Assembly (NCBI GenBank): GCA_017609225.1
Contig: JAFCEK010000002.1
Coordinates: forward strand, 1 to 33,098
Reading direction: 5' to 3'
DNA length: 33,098 bases
Source: Candidatus Aenigmatarchaeota archaeon
Lineage (GTDB): Archaea; Aenigmatarchaeota; Aenigmatarchaeia; QMZP01
A program made the position numbers and the translations under genes. The notes under the pieces were generated by a model. The model was given only the letters and a program-made list of their open reading frames with translations, was not told the DNA's origin and made no database searches. This document shows, piece after piece, positions 8,905 through 18,777 of the stretch (positions are counted from its first letter, which is position 1; each line of letters starts with the position of its first letter).

Positions 8905-9790
8905 ATGTTCTTCCCTTCCTTTCTGTATACCATCTTAGCAGAACAGAGTTCTGGAGCCATGTGTTCATTATATCAACAATCAGGCCTATCAGCAGAACAG
9001 CAGCTATCTGGGACAGCACAGGAGAGATTGCCGAGAGAAGCAGCGCTGCCAGTGCCCCTATGCTTGTCATGCTCATTGTAATTCCTGTTTTGAATGCACC
9101 CCTTATTTTTTCGCTGGTTTCACCTGCTGATTTTAATATTCTGGTTGTAAGCAGTATATCGGTATCAACAGAATAACCTATAATCATAAGCAGCGCTGCC
9201 AGCCCTGCAAGGCTCAGCTCAATGCCAAAAAGCTGCATGAGCCCCAGCGTTATAACAATGTCTGATGCTGCAGCAGCTATCACATAAAGCGATGGCATCA
9301 AAATCCTGAAAACAATGAAAACAATTATTCCCATAAATATGAAGGCAACTATTATTGCTGTTTGTGCCTGCACCCAGAATACCTCTCCAAGCGCAGGGCC
9401 TATGTTTGCTATGGAATAATCCTCTGTTGGTATTCCAAGTTCATGGATTTTCTGGAGAACAAGCTTTGAATCCACAGCAGAATCCGTGTTTATCATAACG
9501 CCTGTTCCTCCAAGGCCCCTTATTTCTCTTATTATAACATCCCCGAAACTCTCTTCAAGTGACTGCTCCAAAAACTGCGTATCAACAGAGTTTGGGGTTA
9601 TTAGTGTTATTACTTTTCCTCCCCTGAGCTCTATTGACCTCTGAAACCATTCACCTGTCTGAGTATATTGATTTACAAGCAGTGCTACAGAAAATACAAG
9701 AACCGCTACAGGTATTATTAAAAGCAGCCTGTATTTTCTGCTCTCTTCTCTGTCGCTCTCCACAAGAACACCTTTTATCTGTTTCTGCAT
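8897..9790 (-). CDS. secF: Protein translocase subunit SecF (archaeal)
   Basis: SIELRGG, IGPALG and LAALLMIIGYSVDTDILLTTR motifs; 6 TM helices. Confidence 0.95.
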   Translation of the reverse strand: MQKQIKGVLVESDREESRKYRLLLIIPVAVLVFSVALLVNQYTQTGEWFQRSIELRGGKVITLITPNSVDTQFLEQSLEESFGDVIIREIRGLGGTGVMINTDSAVDSKLVLQKIHELGIPTEDYSIANIGPALGEVFWVQAQTAIIVAFIFMGIIVFIVFRILMPSLYVIAAAASDIVITLGLMQLFGIELSLAGLAALLMIIGYSVDTDILLTTRILKSAGETSEKIRGAFKTGITMSMTSIGALAALLLSAISPVLSQIAAVLLIGLIVDIMNTWLQNSVLLRWYTERKGRTYA

Positions 9791-9815
9791 TCCATATGTT
9801 TTTTCAGTATTTGAA

Positions 9816-11192
9816 TTAAGTTTTTAAATAGGTTATTCCTGCTTCAATAATCTTTTTAAATAAAAAGATGTTGCCTGCCCTTATCTGGTTAAGAAGGAAT
9901 CCTGGCCTTATATAAAAACTAAGATATGCCTTTCTCAGGAGCTTCTTCAGTTCCCTGTAACTAAGTCCGGGAATGCTCATAACAGGCTCCAGGGTTGTGT
10001 ACTTTGACCAGTCCTCTGTAAGAAGCAGTCCCTTTCTTTTGGCTTCATCAAAAATTCTTGTTCCGGGATATGGCGTGCATATTGTGAACTGGGCAAAATC
10101 TGTTTTGAGAATTCTTGCAAATTTTATGGTTTTGTTTATGGTTTTTTTTGTTTCGCCGGGTATTCCCAGTATGAAAGATCCCAGGGTTTTTATGCCTTCC
10201 TGCTTTGCTGTTTTTATTGCATCCACTGACTGTCTTAGTGTTATGCCCTTGCCTATTTTGTCAAGAATCCTCTGGCTTCCTGATTCTATGCCAAAATATA
10301 TGGTGTGGCAGCCTGCCTTTTTCAGTTTTCTGGCGAGTCCCCTGCTTATTGTGTTTACCCTTGAGGAGCATGTCCATGACAGGTCAATCTTTTCCTTTGT
10401 CATTATATTGCATATCTCTTCAGCCCTTTTCTGGTTCAGGGTAAATGTGTCATCCATGAATTCCACTTCCTTTATGCTGTATTCATCCTTCAGCATACGC
10501 AGCTCCTCTGCCACATTTTCAGGGCTTCTGGATCTCCATATATTGCCGCAAATAAGGGATGAAGAGCAATAGATGCAGTTGTACGGGCATCCTCTTGATG
10601 TCATTATTATACCGAATCTGTATCTTCCCAGCTTATATTTTTCCATTGGCAGCAGATGTCTTGCAGGATGCGGAAGTGAATCAAGGTTTTTTATAAAGCC
10701 CCTGTCCGGGTTGTTTATGATCTTATTTCCAATTCTGAATGATATGCCTCTTATTTTTTTCATTTCTGCTTTTGGTTTTTTCTTTTCCAGAAAATTTGCA
10801 ATCTCCAGTATTGTCTGCTCCCCCTCGCCCCTTACTATAATATCTATGTATCTGCATTCCCTTAGTGTCTGTTCTGCTGTAAATGTTACATGCGGCCCCC
10901 CGATAATAACAGTGCAGTTTGGGTTTTCCTCCTTTGCTGTTTTTGCTGTTTTGTATGCCCCGTATATGGCTGATGTCACGCTTGTTATGCCTACTATGTC
11001 TGGTTTTGATTTTTTTATTATCCTTTTGAAATCAGAGAAGCTGTAATTCATGGTAGGACAGTCTATTATGCTGACATCATGCATTTTTTCAAGAACAGCT
11101 GCCAAATATGCAAGACCCAGTGGCTGGCCTGAAACACCAAGAAATTTTTTGAGGTCGGATTCTGCCGGCGGTGAAACAAGCATTATCTTCAT
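9816..11192 (-). CDS. Cobalamin-binding (class B) radical SAM protein
   Basis: N-terminal B12-binding domain (MKIMLVSPP, PLGLAYLAA, IIGGPHVT, IVRGEGE), SRGCPYNCIYC cluster motif, FMDDTF and YFGIESGS. The start was reset to ATG 11192 because the longer ORF overlaps the GGR gene on the opposite strand. Confidence 0.9.
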   Translation of the reverse strand: MKIMLVSPPAESDLKKFLGVSGQPLGLAYLAAVLEKMHDVSIIDCPTMNYSFSDFKRIIKKSKPDIVGITSVTSAIYGAYKTAKTAKEENPNCTVIIGGPHVTFTAEQTLRECRYIDIIVRGEGEQTILEIANFLEKKKPKAEMKKIRGISFRIGNKIINNPDRGFIKNLDSLPHPARHLLPMEKYKLGRYRFGIIMTSRGCPYNCIYCSSSLICGNIWRSRSPENVAEELRMLKDEYSIKEVEFMDDTFTLNQKRAEEICNIMTKEKIDLSWTCSSRVNTISRGLARKLKKAGCHTIYFGIESGSQRILDKIGKGITLRQSVDAIKTAKQEGIKTLGSFILGIPGETKKTINKTIKFARILKTDFAQFTICTPYPGTRIFDEAKRKGLLLTEDWSKYTTLEPVMSIPGLSYRELKKLLRKAYLSFYIRPGFLLNQIRAGNIFLFKKIIEAGITYLKT

Positions 11193-11250
11193 GAAACCAC
11201 ATGTTAGAATTGCTGTTAAACTTTTTATTGTTTTTATGTAAATCAAATTC

Positions 11251-12291
11251 ATGTATGATCTTGTTGTTGCTGGAGCAGGGCCTGCAGGGATATATGCAGC
11301 AAAGCTCTGCGAGTCCAAGCTTAAGGTTCTGGTTATTGAGGAGCATGAAGAGATAGGCATGCCCATGCACTGTTCCGGTCTGGTTTCAAAAAACCTTGAC
11401 AGGTTTGTGAAGGCTGATATAAAATTCATTGATCACAGGGTTTCCGGGGCTGTGCTTCATTCTGCCGGAGGCAGGAAGCTTAAATTGAAAAAACATGGAA
11501 CAGCTGCATATGTGATAAACAGGGCTGATTTTGACAGGCATATGGCAAAGGGGCTTGCATCAGAGCTTAAGCTGAAAACAAGGGTTGAATCTGTTTCATT
11601 TGAAAAGGACAGGGTTCTGGTTGAAACAGATAAAGGCATGTTTGAGGCAAAATTGCTTCTTGCTGCTGATGGCTCGAATTCTGCTGTGGGCAGAGCCCTT
11701 GGGGCAAAGCCAAAGGAAATTCTGAACGGGCTTATTGGCATTGTAAAAAAGCCTGACAAATCAAAAAACGTGGAGATGTGGTTCAATAGAAATAAAACAG
11801 ACGGCTTCTTCTGGAAGATACCAAGAGGTACAAGCACTGAATACGGCATGATGGGTTCAGGCGCAAAATTCATCCAGCTTGAAAACTTCTTTGGACTGGA
11901 TGACTATGAAAAAATGTCACATCCCATTCCTCTGGGACCTCCAAAAACATTTTTCAGCAGATGTCTGCTTGTTGGAGATGCTGCAGCACAGGTAAAGCCA
12001 TGGTCAGGCGGCGGTGTTATATATGGACTTACATGCGCAGAAATTGCTGCAAAAACCATACTTAACGCTTTCCGGAAAAACGATTTTTCCGAAGAATTTC
12101 TGCGCAGCTATGAAGATGAATGGAGGAAAAAAATCGGAAAAAACATAGCAATGGGCATGCTGTTCAGGGAATTCTACAAAAAAATGAGCAATGAGCAGAT
12201 TGAAAGGATTTTTCAGATGCTTAAAAAAAGAAAAACTGACTTCAGCTTCCTGGATATGGATTTTCCTGCTGAATATTTAACTAAGTTTTGA
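11251..12291 (+). CDS. Geranylgeranyl reductase family FAD-dependent oxidoreductase (DGGGPL reductase-like)
   Basis: YDLVVAGAGPAG, IGMPMHCSG, RADFDR, AADG, FFWKIP and LVGDAAAQVKPWSGGG motifs. Confidence 0.9.
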   Translation: MYDLVVAGAGPAGIYAAKLCESKLKVLVIEEHEEIGMPMHCSGLVSKNLDRFVKADIKFIDHRVSGAVLHSAGGRKLKLKKHGTAAYVINRADFDRHMAKGLASELKLKTRVESVSFEKDRVLVETDKGMFEAKLLLAADGSNSAVGRALGAKPKEILNGLIGIVKKPDKSKNVEMWFNRNKTDGFFWKIPRGTSTEYGMMGSGAKFIQLENFFGLDDYEKMSHPIPLGPPKTFFSRCLLVGDAAAQVKPWSGGGVIYGLTCAEIAAKTILNAFRKNDFSEEFLRSYEDEWRKKIGKNIAMGMLFREFYKKMSNEQIERIFQMLKKRKTDFSFLDMDFPAEYLTKF

Positions 12292-12395
12292 GTTCTTTTT
12301 CCCAAGGGTTTTTCTTGTGACATGCGGCAGCGTCTGTAAGAAAAAGGCTTCTGGATATGGATTTTCCTGCTGAATATTTAACTAAGTTTTGAGTT
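12250..12395 (+). repeat. Perfect 45-bp direct repeat (12250-12294 and 12351-12395) duplicating the GGR 3' end, with a 56-bp spacer
   Basis: CTGGATATGGATTTTCCTGCTGAATATTTAACTAAGTTTTGAGTT occurs twice. Confidence 0.95.
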
Positions 12396-12398
12396 GCA

Positions 12399-12812
12399 TC
12401 ATTCATTCCCTTCTTCTAATTCCCATTTAAGGCCATAATGTATCAGGCCGTCCTTGCCGTCTTCATATATTTTTCTGAAAACCGCTCTTACCTTTTTTCC
12501 TATTTCTATATTTTCTATATCACCCACAACATGGCCTGCTATATTTGTTCCCTCTTCAAGCTTTATTACAGCAATAGCATATGGAATGTTCTTTTCAAAT
12601 CCTTCTGGAGGAACCTTTATTATAGTATAGGAAATTATTTCACCTTTTCCTGAGAACTGGAAAGATTCAAGCTTTCCTTTTCTTCTGCATTTCGGGCACA
12701 ATATCCTTGAAGGGAAAAAAACAGTGTTACATGTAACGCATTTTGAACCTATTAAATTGTACCTTGATTTCTGCATCCTCCAATGCAATGGAACACTTGA
12801 CTTATGAACCAT
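12399..12812 (-). CDS. DUF35 Zn-ribbon/OB-fold scaffold of the thiolase/HMG-CoA synthase complex
   Basis: VPLHWR...RYNLIGSKCVTC...FFPSRILCPKC and GLIHYGLK motifs; AAGGTGA RBS before ATG 12812; follows the thiolase gene. Confidence 0.92.
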   Translation of the reverse strand: MVHKSSVPLHWRMQKSRYNLIGSKCVTCNTVFFPSRILCPKCRRKGKLESFQFSGKGEIISYTIIKVPPEGFEKNIPYAIAVIKLEEGTNIAGHVVGDIENIEIGKKVRAVFRKIYEDGKDGLIHYGLKWELEEGNE

Positions 12813-13025
12813 ATACTTCACCTTGCAATCTGTTACGGGGACAGCTTTGTTATCAGCATATCCTGTTTTTGGTGTTAGCTATCATTTTATACTTCGCCTT
12901 GTATTCTGTGACGGGGACCACTTTGTTCATCCTGTGTTAGTGGTCAAACCCTTACTTATGCTTTGTATTCTATGACGGAACAGCTATAAATTCAGTGTAG
13001 TCTGTTAGGTAGTAGCTGTCATTTT
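12812..13025. repeat. Three degenerate tandem repeats of ~64-76 bp between the thiolase and DUF35 genes
   Basis: Units start at ~12812, ~12888 and ~12952. Cores: CTTGCAATCTGTTACGGGGACAGCTTTGTT, CTTGTATTCTGTGACGGGGACCACTTTGTT and TTTGTATTCTATGACGGAACAGCTATAAA. Confidence 0.8.
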
Positions 13026-13053
13026 TTTCATATCACCTCTTAATCATCATATA

Positions 13054-14235
13054 TTAGCTTGTTATGGGCTCTGGCTCTGTTCCCAGTATATGCACAATGC
13101 TTGTTGCGCCCGAACCTCCTATATTGAGGGCAAGGCCATTGTCTGCACCTTTAATCTGAATTGGCCCGCATTCTCCCCTGAGCTGTCTTACAATATCAAC
13201 AATCTGCCTTATGCCTGTTGCACCGACCGGATGTCCTATTGCCTTCAGACCGCCTGTTGTATTGATTGGCTTTTCTCCCTTTATTGTAATCTTTCCTTCT
13301 TCCACGAATTTTCCTCCCTTGCCTTTTTCACAGAATCCCAGGTCCTCTATTGATATGATTTCATTAATTGAGAAGCAGTCATGAACCTCTGCAAGGTTTA
13401 TATCTTCCGGTTTCATATGTGCCTGCTCATATGCCTTTCTTGACGCAACCTTTGTTGCAGCCATCTCCACTAAACTCTTTCTGTCATGCAGGGCGAGCGT
13501 GTCAGATGCCTGGCCGGAGCCCAGAATCCATACAGGCTGTTTGGCTATGTTTCTTGCAATTCTTTCTGATGCCAGAACAACAGCTGCTGCACCATCTGTT
13601 ATGGGAGAGCAGTCAAGAAGCCTTAAAGGATCTGCAATAACAGGGGACTTTATAACATCATCAACTGTTATCTCTTTTGGAAACTGTGCCTTTTCATTAT
13701 GAACAGCGTTTTTATGGTTGTTTACGCTAACCATTGCCAGCTGCTCTCTTGTGGTTCCAAACATATGCATATGTGCCCTTGCTATTAAGGCATAAAGCCC
13801 TGTGAATGTCAGCCCTATGGAGCTTTCCCATTCCTGGTCACCCGCTCCCATAAGGGTTGCTATTGCATCTGTTCCCTTTAAATCAGTCATCTTTTCTGCT
13901 CCTGCTGCAACAACTATCTCATGCTCCCCTGAAAGTATTGAGTGGTATGCCTTTCTGAACGCCAGCGCACCGGAAGCGCATGCTGCCTCGCATCTTGTTG
14001 CAGGTATAGGGTTCAGCCCTGCCTGGTCTGTTGCCAATGGGGCAAGGTGTTCCTGGCCTATAAACCTTCCTGCAGACATATTTCCTATAAACAGGGCGTT
14101 TATGCTTGAGCCGTCCACTCCCGCATCCTTGATTGCAAGTATGCCTGCCTCTGTAGATAGGTCTCTCAGGGATTTTTCCCAGTGTTCATCAAACTTTGTC
14201 ATTCCTATTCCAATTACAGCAACTCTCTTTGTCAT
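13054..14235 (-). CDS. Acetyl-CoA acetyltransferase (archaeal acetoacetyl-CoA thiolase)
   Basis: EAACASG catalytic Cys, CSPITDGAAA, EVHDCF, GHPVGATG and NIGG motifs; adjacent to HMG-CoA synthase and DUF35. Confidence 0.95.
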   Translation of the reverse strand: MTKRVAVIGIGMTKFDEHWEKSLRDLSTEAGILAIKDAGVDGSSINALFIGNMSAGRFIGQEHLAPLATDQAGLNPIPATRCEAACASGALAFRKAYHSILSGEHEIVVAAGAEKMTDLKGTDAIATLMGAGDQEWESSIGLTFTGLYALIARAHMHMFGTTREQLAMVSVNNHKNAVHNEKAQFPKEITVDDVIKSPVIADPLRLLDCSPITDGAAAVVLASERIARNIAKQPVWILGSGQASDTLALHDRKSLVEMAATKVASRKAYEQAHMKPEDINLAEVHDCFSINEIISIEDLGFCEKGKGGKFVEEGKITIKGEKPINTTGGLKAIGHPVGATGIRQIVDIVRQLRGECGPIQIKGADNGLALNIGGSGATSIVHILGTEPEPITS

Positions 14236-14240
14236 GTTAA

Positions 14241-15281
14241 TCACTCTGTTTTCAGTTTTCCCATTATTCTTGCATACCTCCCATAATCAATGTTCTGTTT
14301 TCTTTTTATGTAATATTCTGTTTTTTTCGCCTTTTCCCTTCTTTCAAGAATTTTATCTGTAACATTTATCACAAACGAGTCAGAGCCTGCCCCGGAACCA
14401 TATGATGTCATAAGAATCCTGTCGCCTGGCTTTGCCACATCCAGAACATTGCATAAACCCAGCGGTGAGGAGCCTGAATAGCAGTTTCCTATTCGGGTTA
14501 CAACAAGACTCTGTTTTAGCTGTTCCATTGAAAATCCCAGAACCTTTGCTGCCCTTGTAGGGAATTTTCCATTGGGCATATGAAGAACAACATATGCAAA
14601 ATCCGAGGGTCTTAATCCTAGCTTTTTCATCATGTTTGTTGAGGCAGATACAACATGCTTGAAATATGCAGGCTTTCCTGTAAATCTTGCTCCATGCCTT
14701 GGATAGTCCTGCTTGTCCCTTCTCCAGAAATCCGGAGTGTCTGTTGTGAATGAACATGTGCCTTCTATTTCTGCAAGCGGGTCTTTCCCTATCACAAAGG
14801 CAGCACCACCTGCGGCTGCTGTATATTCCAGTGCATCGCCGGGCCTGCTCTGGCTTGTATCAGCACCAATTGCCATTCCATATTCTATCTGTCCTGCCTT
14901 TACATGGGAAATGCAGCACTGTATGCCTGCTGTTCCTGCCTTGCATGCAAACTCCAGGTCAGCAACCATAAGGTCTGTGCCAAGCTGCAGTGCCTCGGCA
15001 ACTATTGTGCCTGAAGGCTTTACAACATAAGGATGGCTCTCTGAACCTATGTAGAGTGCCCCTATTTTTTCCGGCTTTATGCCTGCCCTTAAAAGCGCGT
15101 TTTTCCCTGCCTCAACGCTGATGGTAACTGTATCTTCGTCTATATCAGGGACGCTTTTTTCCTCTATCCCAAGGCCTTTTTTTATGTTTTCCGGGTTTTC
15201 TCCCCAGACCTTTGTTATCTCTTCAACTGTTATCCTGAATTTTGGTATATAACAGCCATAACCTACTATACCTACGGACAT
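14241..15281 (-). CDS. mvaS: Hydroxymethylglutaryl-CoA synthase (archaeal type)
   Basis: [42 protein letters not shown] and SYGSGAGSD motifs. The start could be at 15287 instead. Confidence 0.96.
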   Translation of the reverse strand: MSVGIVGYGCYIPKFRITVEEITKVWGENPENIKKGLGIEEKSVPDIDEDTVTISVEAGKNALLRAGIKPEKIGALYIGSESHPYVVKPSGTIVAEALQLGTDLMVADLEFACKAGTAGIQCCISHVKAGQIEYGMAIGADTSQSRPGDALEYTAAAGGAAFVIGKDPLAEIEGTCSFTTDTPDFWRRDKQDYPRHGARFTGKPAYFKHVVSASTNMMKKLGLRPSDFAYVVLHMPNGKFPTRAAKVLGFSMEQLKQSLVVTRIGNCYSGSSPLGLCNVLDVAKPGDRILMTSYGSGAGSDSFVINVTDKILERREKAKKTEYYIKRKQNIDYGRYARIMGKLKTE

Positions 15282-15427
15282 AATCATCAAGCCTATTAAT
15301 TAAGCAATGCTAAACTTTTTAAATACTAAAACTTAACTTCGACTATTGTCTAACTATGGTTTGGTATATTATGAGCCCTGTGAATTAAGATTTAAAGCTT
15401 TGCATTATATTTAATACAGATGATGTT

Positions 15428-16513
15428 ATGATCAGCATATCAAAGCCTATGATAGGCAAAGAGGAGATAAAGGCTGTAATTGATGTACTGCAGTCAGGCA
15501 GTCTTGTGCAGGGAAAGAACGTAAAACTTTTTGAAAGGGAGTTTGCAGAGTATATTGGCACAGCCCATGCTGCTGCAGTCAGCTCCGGAACAGCAGCGCT
15601 TCACATAGCCCTTGAATGCCTTGGCATAAGGCCGGGAGATGAGGTTATAACAACGCCCTTTACATTTATTGCAACAGCAAATGCTGTTCTTTACCAGAAG
15701 GCAAAACCAGTATTTGCAGACATAAAGCCAGACACATACAACATAAATCCTGATGAAATAAAGAAAAAAATAACAGACAAAACAAAGGCTGTTATAGCGG
15801 TTCATCTTTATGGCAACCCATGTGATATGGAACATATTGCAGAGATATGCAGGGAAAAGGGAATAGCCCTTGTTGAGGATTGTGCACAGGCTGCTGGTGC
15901 AGAATACAAAGGCAAAAAGGTTGGTGGGTTCGGGGATATGGCTGTGTTCTCTTTTTATGCAACCAAAAACATGAGCACAGGAGAAGGGGGAATGATTGCT
16001 GCAGACAAAAAGGAACTGGTTGAAAGGGCCAAGGTGATGATAAACCAGGGACAGTCAAAAGAATATGAGCATGTGGAGCTGGGATATAACTACAGGATGA
16101 CAGAGATACAGGCAGCAATAGGCATGATCCAGCTGAAAAATCTTGACTCCTGGAACAGGATGAGAATTGAGAATGCAAACTTTTTAACAGAAAACCTGAA
16201 AGGGATCTCCGGTATTGGAACGCCTATAGCAAAACCGGAAGCAAAGCATGTTTTTCATCAGTACACGATAAAGGTACTGAATGGAAAAAGGGGCAGGGTA
16301 ATGGAACATCTGAAAAACAAAAGAATCGACTCAAGGGTTTATTATCCAAAGCCTGTATACCTGCAGCCTTTTTATCTAAGAAAAGGCTTCAGGCCAGGAC
16401 TTTGCCCTGTTGCAGAAAAAATTTCAGAGCAGGTTCTGAGCCTGCCTGTACATCCCGGACTGACACAGGAGAATCTTAACAGAATTGTTTCAGAAGTGAA
16501 AAATGCCTTGTAA
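15428..16513 (+). CDS. DegT/DnrJ/EryC1/StrS PLP-dependent sugar aminotransferase (WbpE/WlbC-like)
   Basis: SSGTAALH, VHLYG, EDCAQA, FSFYATKNMSTGEGG (PLP Lys), GYNYRMTE and LSLPVHP motifs. Confidence 0.93.
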   Translation: MISISKPMIGKEEIKAVIDVLQSGSLVQGKNVKLFEREFAEYIGTAHAAAVSSGTAALHIALECLGIRPGDEVITTPFTFIATANAVLYQKAKPVFADIKPDTYNINPDEIKKKITDKTKAVIAVHLYGNPCDMEHIAEICREKGIALVEDCAQAAGAEYKGKKVGGFGDMAVFSFYATKNMSTGEGGMIAADKKELVERAKVMINQGQSKEYEHVELGYNYRMTEIQAAIGMIQLKNLDSWNRMRIENANFLTENLKGISGIGTPIAKPEAKHVFHQYTIKVLNGKRGRVMEHLKNKRIDSRVYYPKPVYLQPFYLRKGFRPGLCPVAEKISEQVLSLPVHPGLTQENLNRIVSEVKNAL

Positions 16514-16514
16514 T

Positions 16515-17093
16515 CTATTTTTCAAAAACCTCTTTTGGCACCTCAAATGTTTTCCTGCATTTCGGGCATTCAAACAATATGCTGCCGGCTTTTTCCTGTT
16601 TTTTCTCGGATTTCATGCCGCATATGCATACAAATCCTTTTATCTTTGCAGGATTTCCGTAAACAAGCGCATGAGCAGGAACATCCTTTGTTACAACAGA
16701 ACCTGCACCAACCATTGCATATTCCCCTATAACAACTCCGCAGAGTATTGTGGAATTGGCTCCTATGCTTGCTCCTTTTTTCACAACTATCTTCTTTCCA
16801 ACCCTGCTTTTATCCCAGATAAAGGCCCTGGGATAGGGGTCATTGGTGAATGTAACATGCGGTCCTATCAGGACATCATCCCCTATTTCCGCATTGTAAA
16901 CGCATGCATTGTTTTCTATTTTTACGCCTGAACCTATTTTCACTCCGGCATCAATATAAACATTCTTTCCCAGCACGCAGTTTTTTCCAAGTTCAGCATT
17001 TTCCCTTATCTGGGCATGATGCCATATCCTGCAGTTTTCGCCTATCTTCGATTTCGGCGAAACATCTGCTGTTTTATGCATATAGCTTTCCAT
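16515..17093 (-). CDS. Hexapeptide-repeat N-acetyltransferase (WbpD/WlbB-like) with C-terminal Zn ribbon
   Basis: [45 protein letters not shown] and GNPA motifs; C-terminal CICG...CPKC. The start was reset to ATG 17093, immediately after the upstream stop. Confidence 0.9.
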   Translation of the reverse strand: MESYMHKTADVSPKSKIGENCRIWHHAQIRENAELGKNCVLGKNVYIDAGVKIGSGVKIENNACVYNAEIGDDVLIGPHVTFTNDPYPRAFIWDKSRVGKKIVVKKGASIGANSTILCGVVIGEYAMVGAGSVVTKDVPAHALVYGNPAKIKGFVCICGMKSEKKQEKAGSILFECPKCRKTFEVPKEVFEK

Positions 17094-17094
17094 A

Positions 17095-18066
17095 TCAATC
17101 CCTTGAAAGTTCTGCTGCCTTAAGGGCAATCTCAAGTACAGAGAAGCCATCCTCCCCTGTAACAAGCGGTTTTTTGTTGTTTATTATGCATTCCAAAAAA
17201 CTTTTCAGCTCAAGCCTGAGGGGCTCCTGCTTTTCAATCTTAACCTCAATCTTTTCTGGTTTTGCAAACTCCACAACATCCTCAAAGCTTTTCTCCGGCT
17301 TTCTGTATTTGCTTTTATATAATATTAATTCCTGGGTTATGTAATTTACCTCTGCATAGCCCTTTGTGCCTGTTACCGCAAGGTTTCTTATTTTTACAGG
17401 TGTTATCCAGTTCACCTGAACAAAGGCGTTTGTTCCGTCATACTTTAACAGTATATCAGCATAATCCTCCCTGTGGTTTATCAGCGCCCTGCCGGCTGCT
17501 GCTGCTATATCTGTTGGCTTTTTTTCAAGTATGTAATTGAAAATATCAATATCATGAACGCCTATATCCACTATCACATTTGCATCCTTAACCTGCGGGG
17601 GGAACACGCCAACCCTTCTGGCAACAATGGTTGTTATGTCTCCAAGTTCTCCTTTTTTTATTATTTCCTTCAGTTTCTGGACAGCCGGATTAAACCTTTC
17701 TATGTGACCAACTGCAAGCTTTATGTCCTTTGATTTTGCAGCAGCCATTATTTCCCTTGCGTTTTCCAGCGTATCTGCTATGGGCTTTTCAATAAGAACA
17801 TGCTTTCCTGCATTAATGCAGTCAATGGCTATCTGTTTGTGATAGATTGTGGGCACTGCGATGGAAACCGCATCTATATCTTCCTTTTCAAGCATCTTTC
17901 TGTAATCCCTGTAATAGCTGCAGCCAAACCTTTCTGCGATTTTTCTGCCTTTTTTTTCATTCAAATCAGAAACAGCTACAAGATTTGACTCAGGAAGCTC
18001 TGAATATATTCTTGCATGGTGCTGTCCCATGTTTCCGATACCAATAACAGCTGTATTTAATGGCAT
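17095..18066 (-). CDS. Gfo/Idh/MocA NAD-dependent sugar 3-dehydrogenase (WbpB/WlbA-like)
   Basis: [35 protein letters not shown] and NWITPVKIR motifs. Confidence 0.92.
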   Translation of the reverse strand: MPLNTAVIGIGNMGQHHARIYSELPESNLVAVSDLNEKKGRKIAERFGCSYYRDYRKMLEKEDIDAVSIAVPTIYHKQIAIDCINAGKHVLIEKPIADTLENAREIMAAAKSKDIKLAVGHIERFNPAVQKLKEIIKKGELGDITTIVARRVGVFPPQVKDANVIVDIGVHDIDIFNYILEKKPTDIAAAAGRALINHREDYADILLKYDGTNAFVQVNWITPVKIRNLAVTGTKGYAEVNYITQELILYKSKYRKPEKSFEDVVEFAKPEKIEVKIEKQEPLRLELKSFLECIINNKKPLVTGEDGFSVLEIALKAAELSRD

Positions 18067-18069
18067 AAT

Positions 18070-18687
18070 TCACCTGTATGCAAAGCGGTAAACCTCGAAC
18101 CCTTCAGCAAAATCAAATCCCATCTGCTTTCCTCTTACCTTTGCAAGGGCTCTTATAAATTCCATATCAAAGTAATATCTTCTCTTCTGGGTTTCATAAC
18201 ATTCCAGTGACCTTATTTTCTTTTCAAGCTGCTCCTCTGTAAGGGAAACAAAGGCAACAGGCTGAAACCTTGGCGTGCTCTTCACATCCTCATACATTAT
18301 TATGCTCTGGTTTCTGAAAATCCTGACAGCCTCTTCTGCAAGGGTTTTATGGTCCTGATGTATGTTGTTTATTGAATGTACAACTATGATATCAGGTTTC
18401 CAGTTTTCTCTTTCCTCCTCCAGTATGCCTCTTATTTTTTCCGCATTTTCAGGGAATTTTGTATTTGGTATGTTCAGCAGCCTGTAATGCTCTTTGCCAA
18501 TGCCAAGGGCTTCCATGCTTTTTTCAAATTCCTTTGTTATGCCCTGATTCCCGGGCTGCTCTTCACAATCAGAAAAAACCAGCAGCTTTATTTCATTTTT
18601 GTCCTTTAATCTTACAAGTAGCCCTGCTGCCCCCAGTTCAATATCATCTGGATGTGCTCCAAGGAACATTATCTTCATATGAATCAT
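18070..18687 (-). CDS. PIG-L/LmbE family N-deacetylase
   Basis: GAHPDDIELG and HQDH metal-binding motifs; AKVRG...AEGF C-terminus. The start could be at 18678 instead. Confidence 0.9.
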   Translation of the reverse strand: MIHMKIMFLGAHPDDIELGAAGLLVRLKDKNEIKLLVFSDCEEQPGNQGITKEFEKSMEALGIGKEHYRLLNIPNTKFPENAEKIRGILEEERENWKPDIIVVHSINNIHQDHKTLAEEAVRIFRNQSIIMYEDVKSTPRFQPVAFVSLTEEQLEKKIRSLECYETQKRRYYFDMEFIRALAKVRGKQMGFDFAEGFEVYRFAYR

Positions 18688-18777
18688 TTCCTTATTGTAT
18701 AGAGTGCTTTTATTTGTTCTCTTTATAAATTTTATAAATAGCGAAAAACCCTATATAACCACTACAGGAGAATAGAA

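Noticed and set aside
11193-11429. 79-aa N-terminal extension of the radical SAM ORF
   Set aside because: It overlaps the GGR gene on the opposite strand; the B12-binding domain starts at MKIMLVSPP (11192).
12743-12940. 65-aa plus-strand ORF over the repeat region
   Set aside because: It has a TTG start without an RBS, overlaps DUF35 antisense and is better explained by the tandem repeats.
12812-13025. Possible mini CRISPR array
   Set aside because: The repeats are degenerate, the intervening segments resemble each other rather than being unique spacers, and no cas genes are present in the window.
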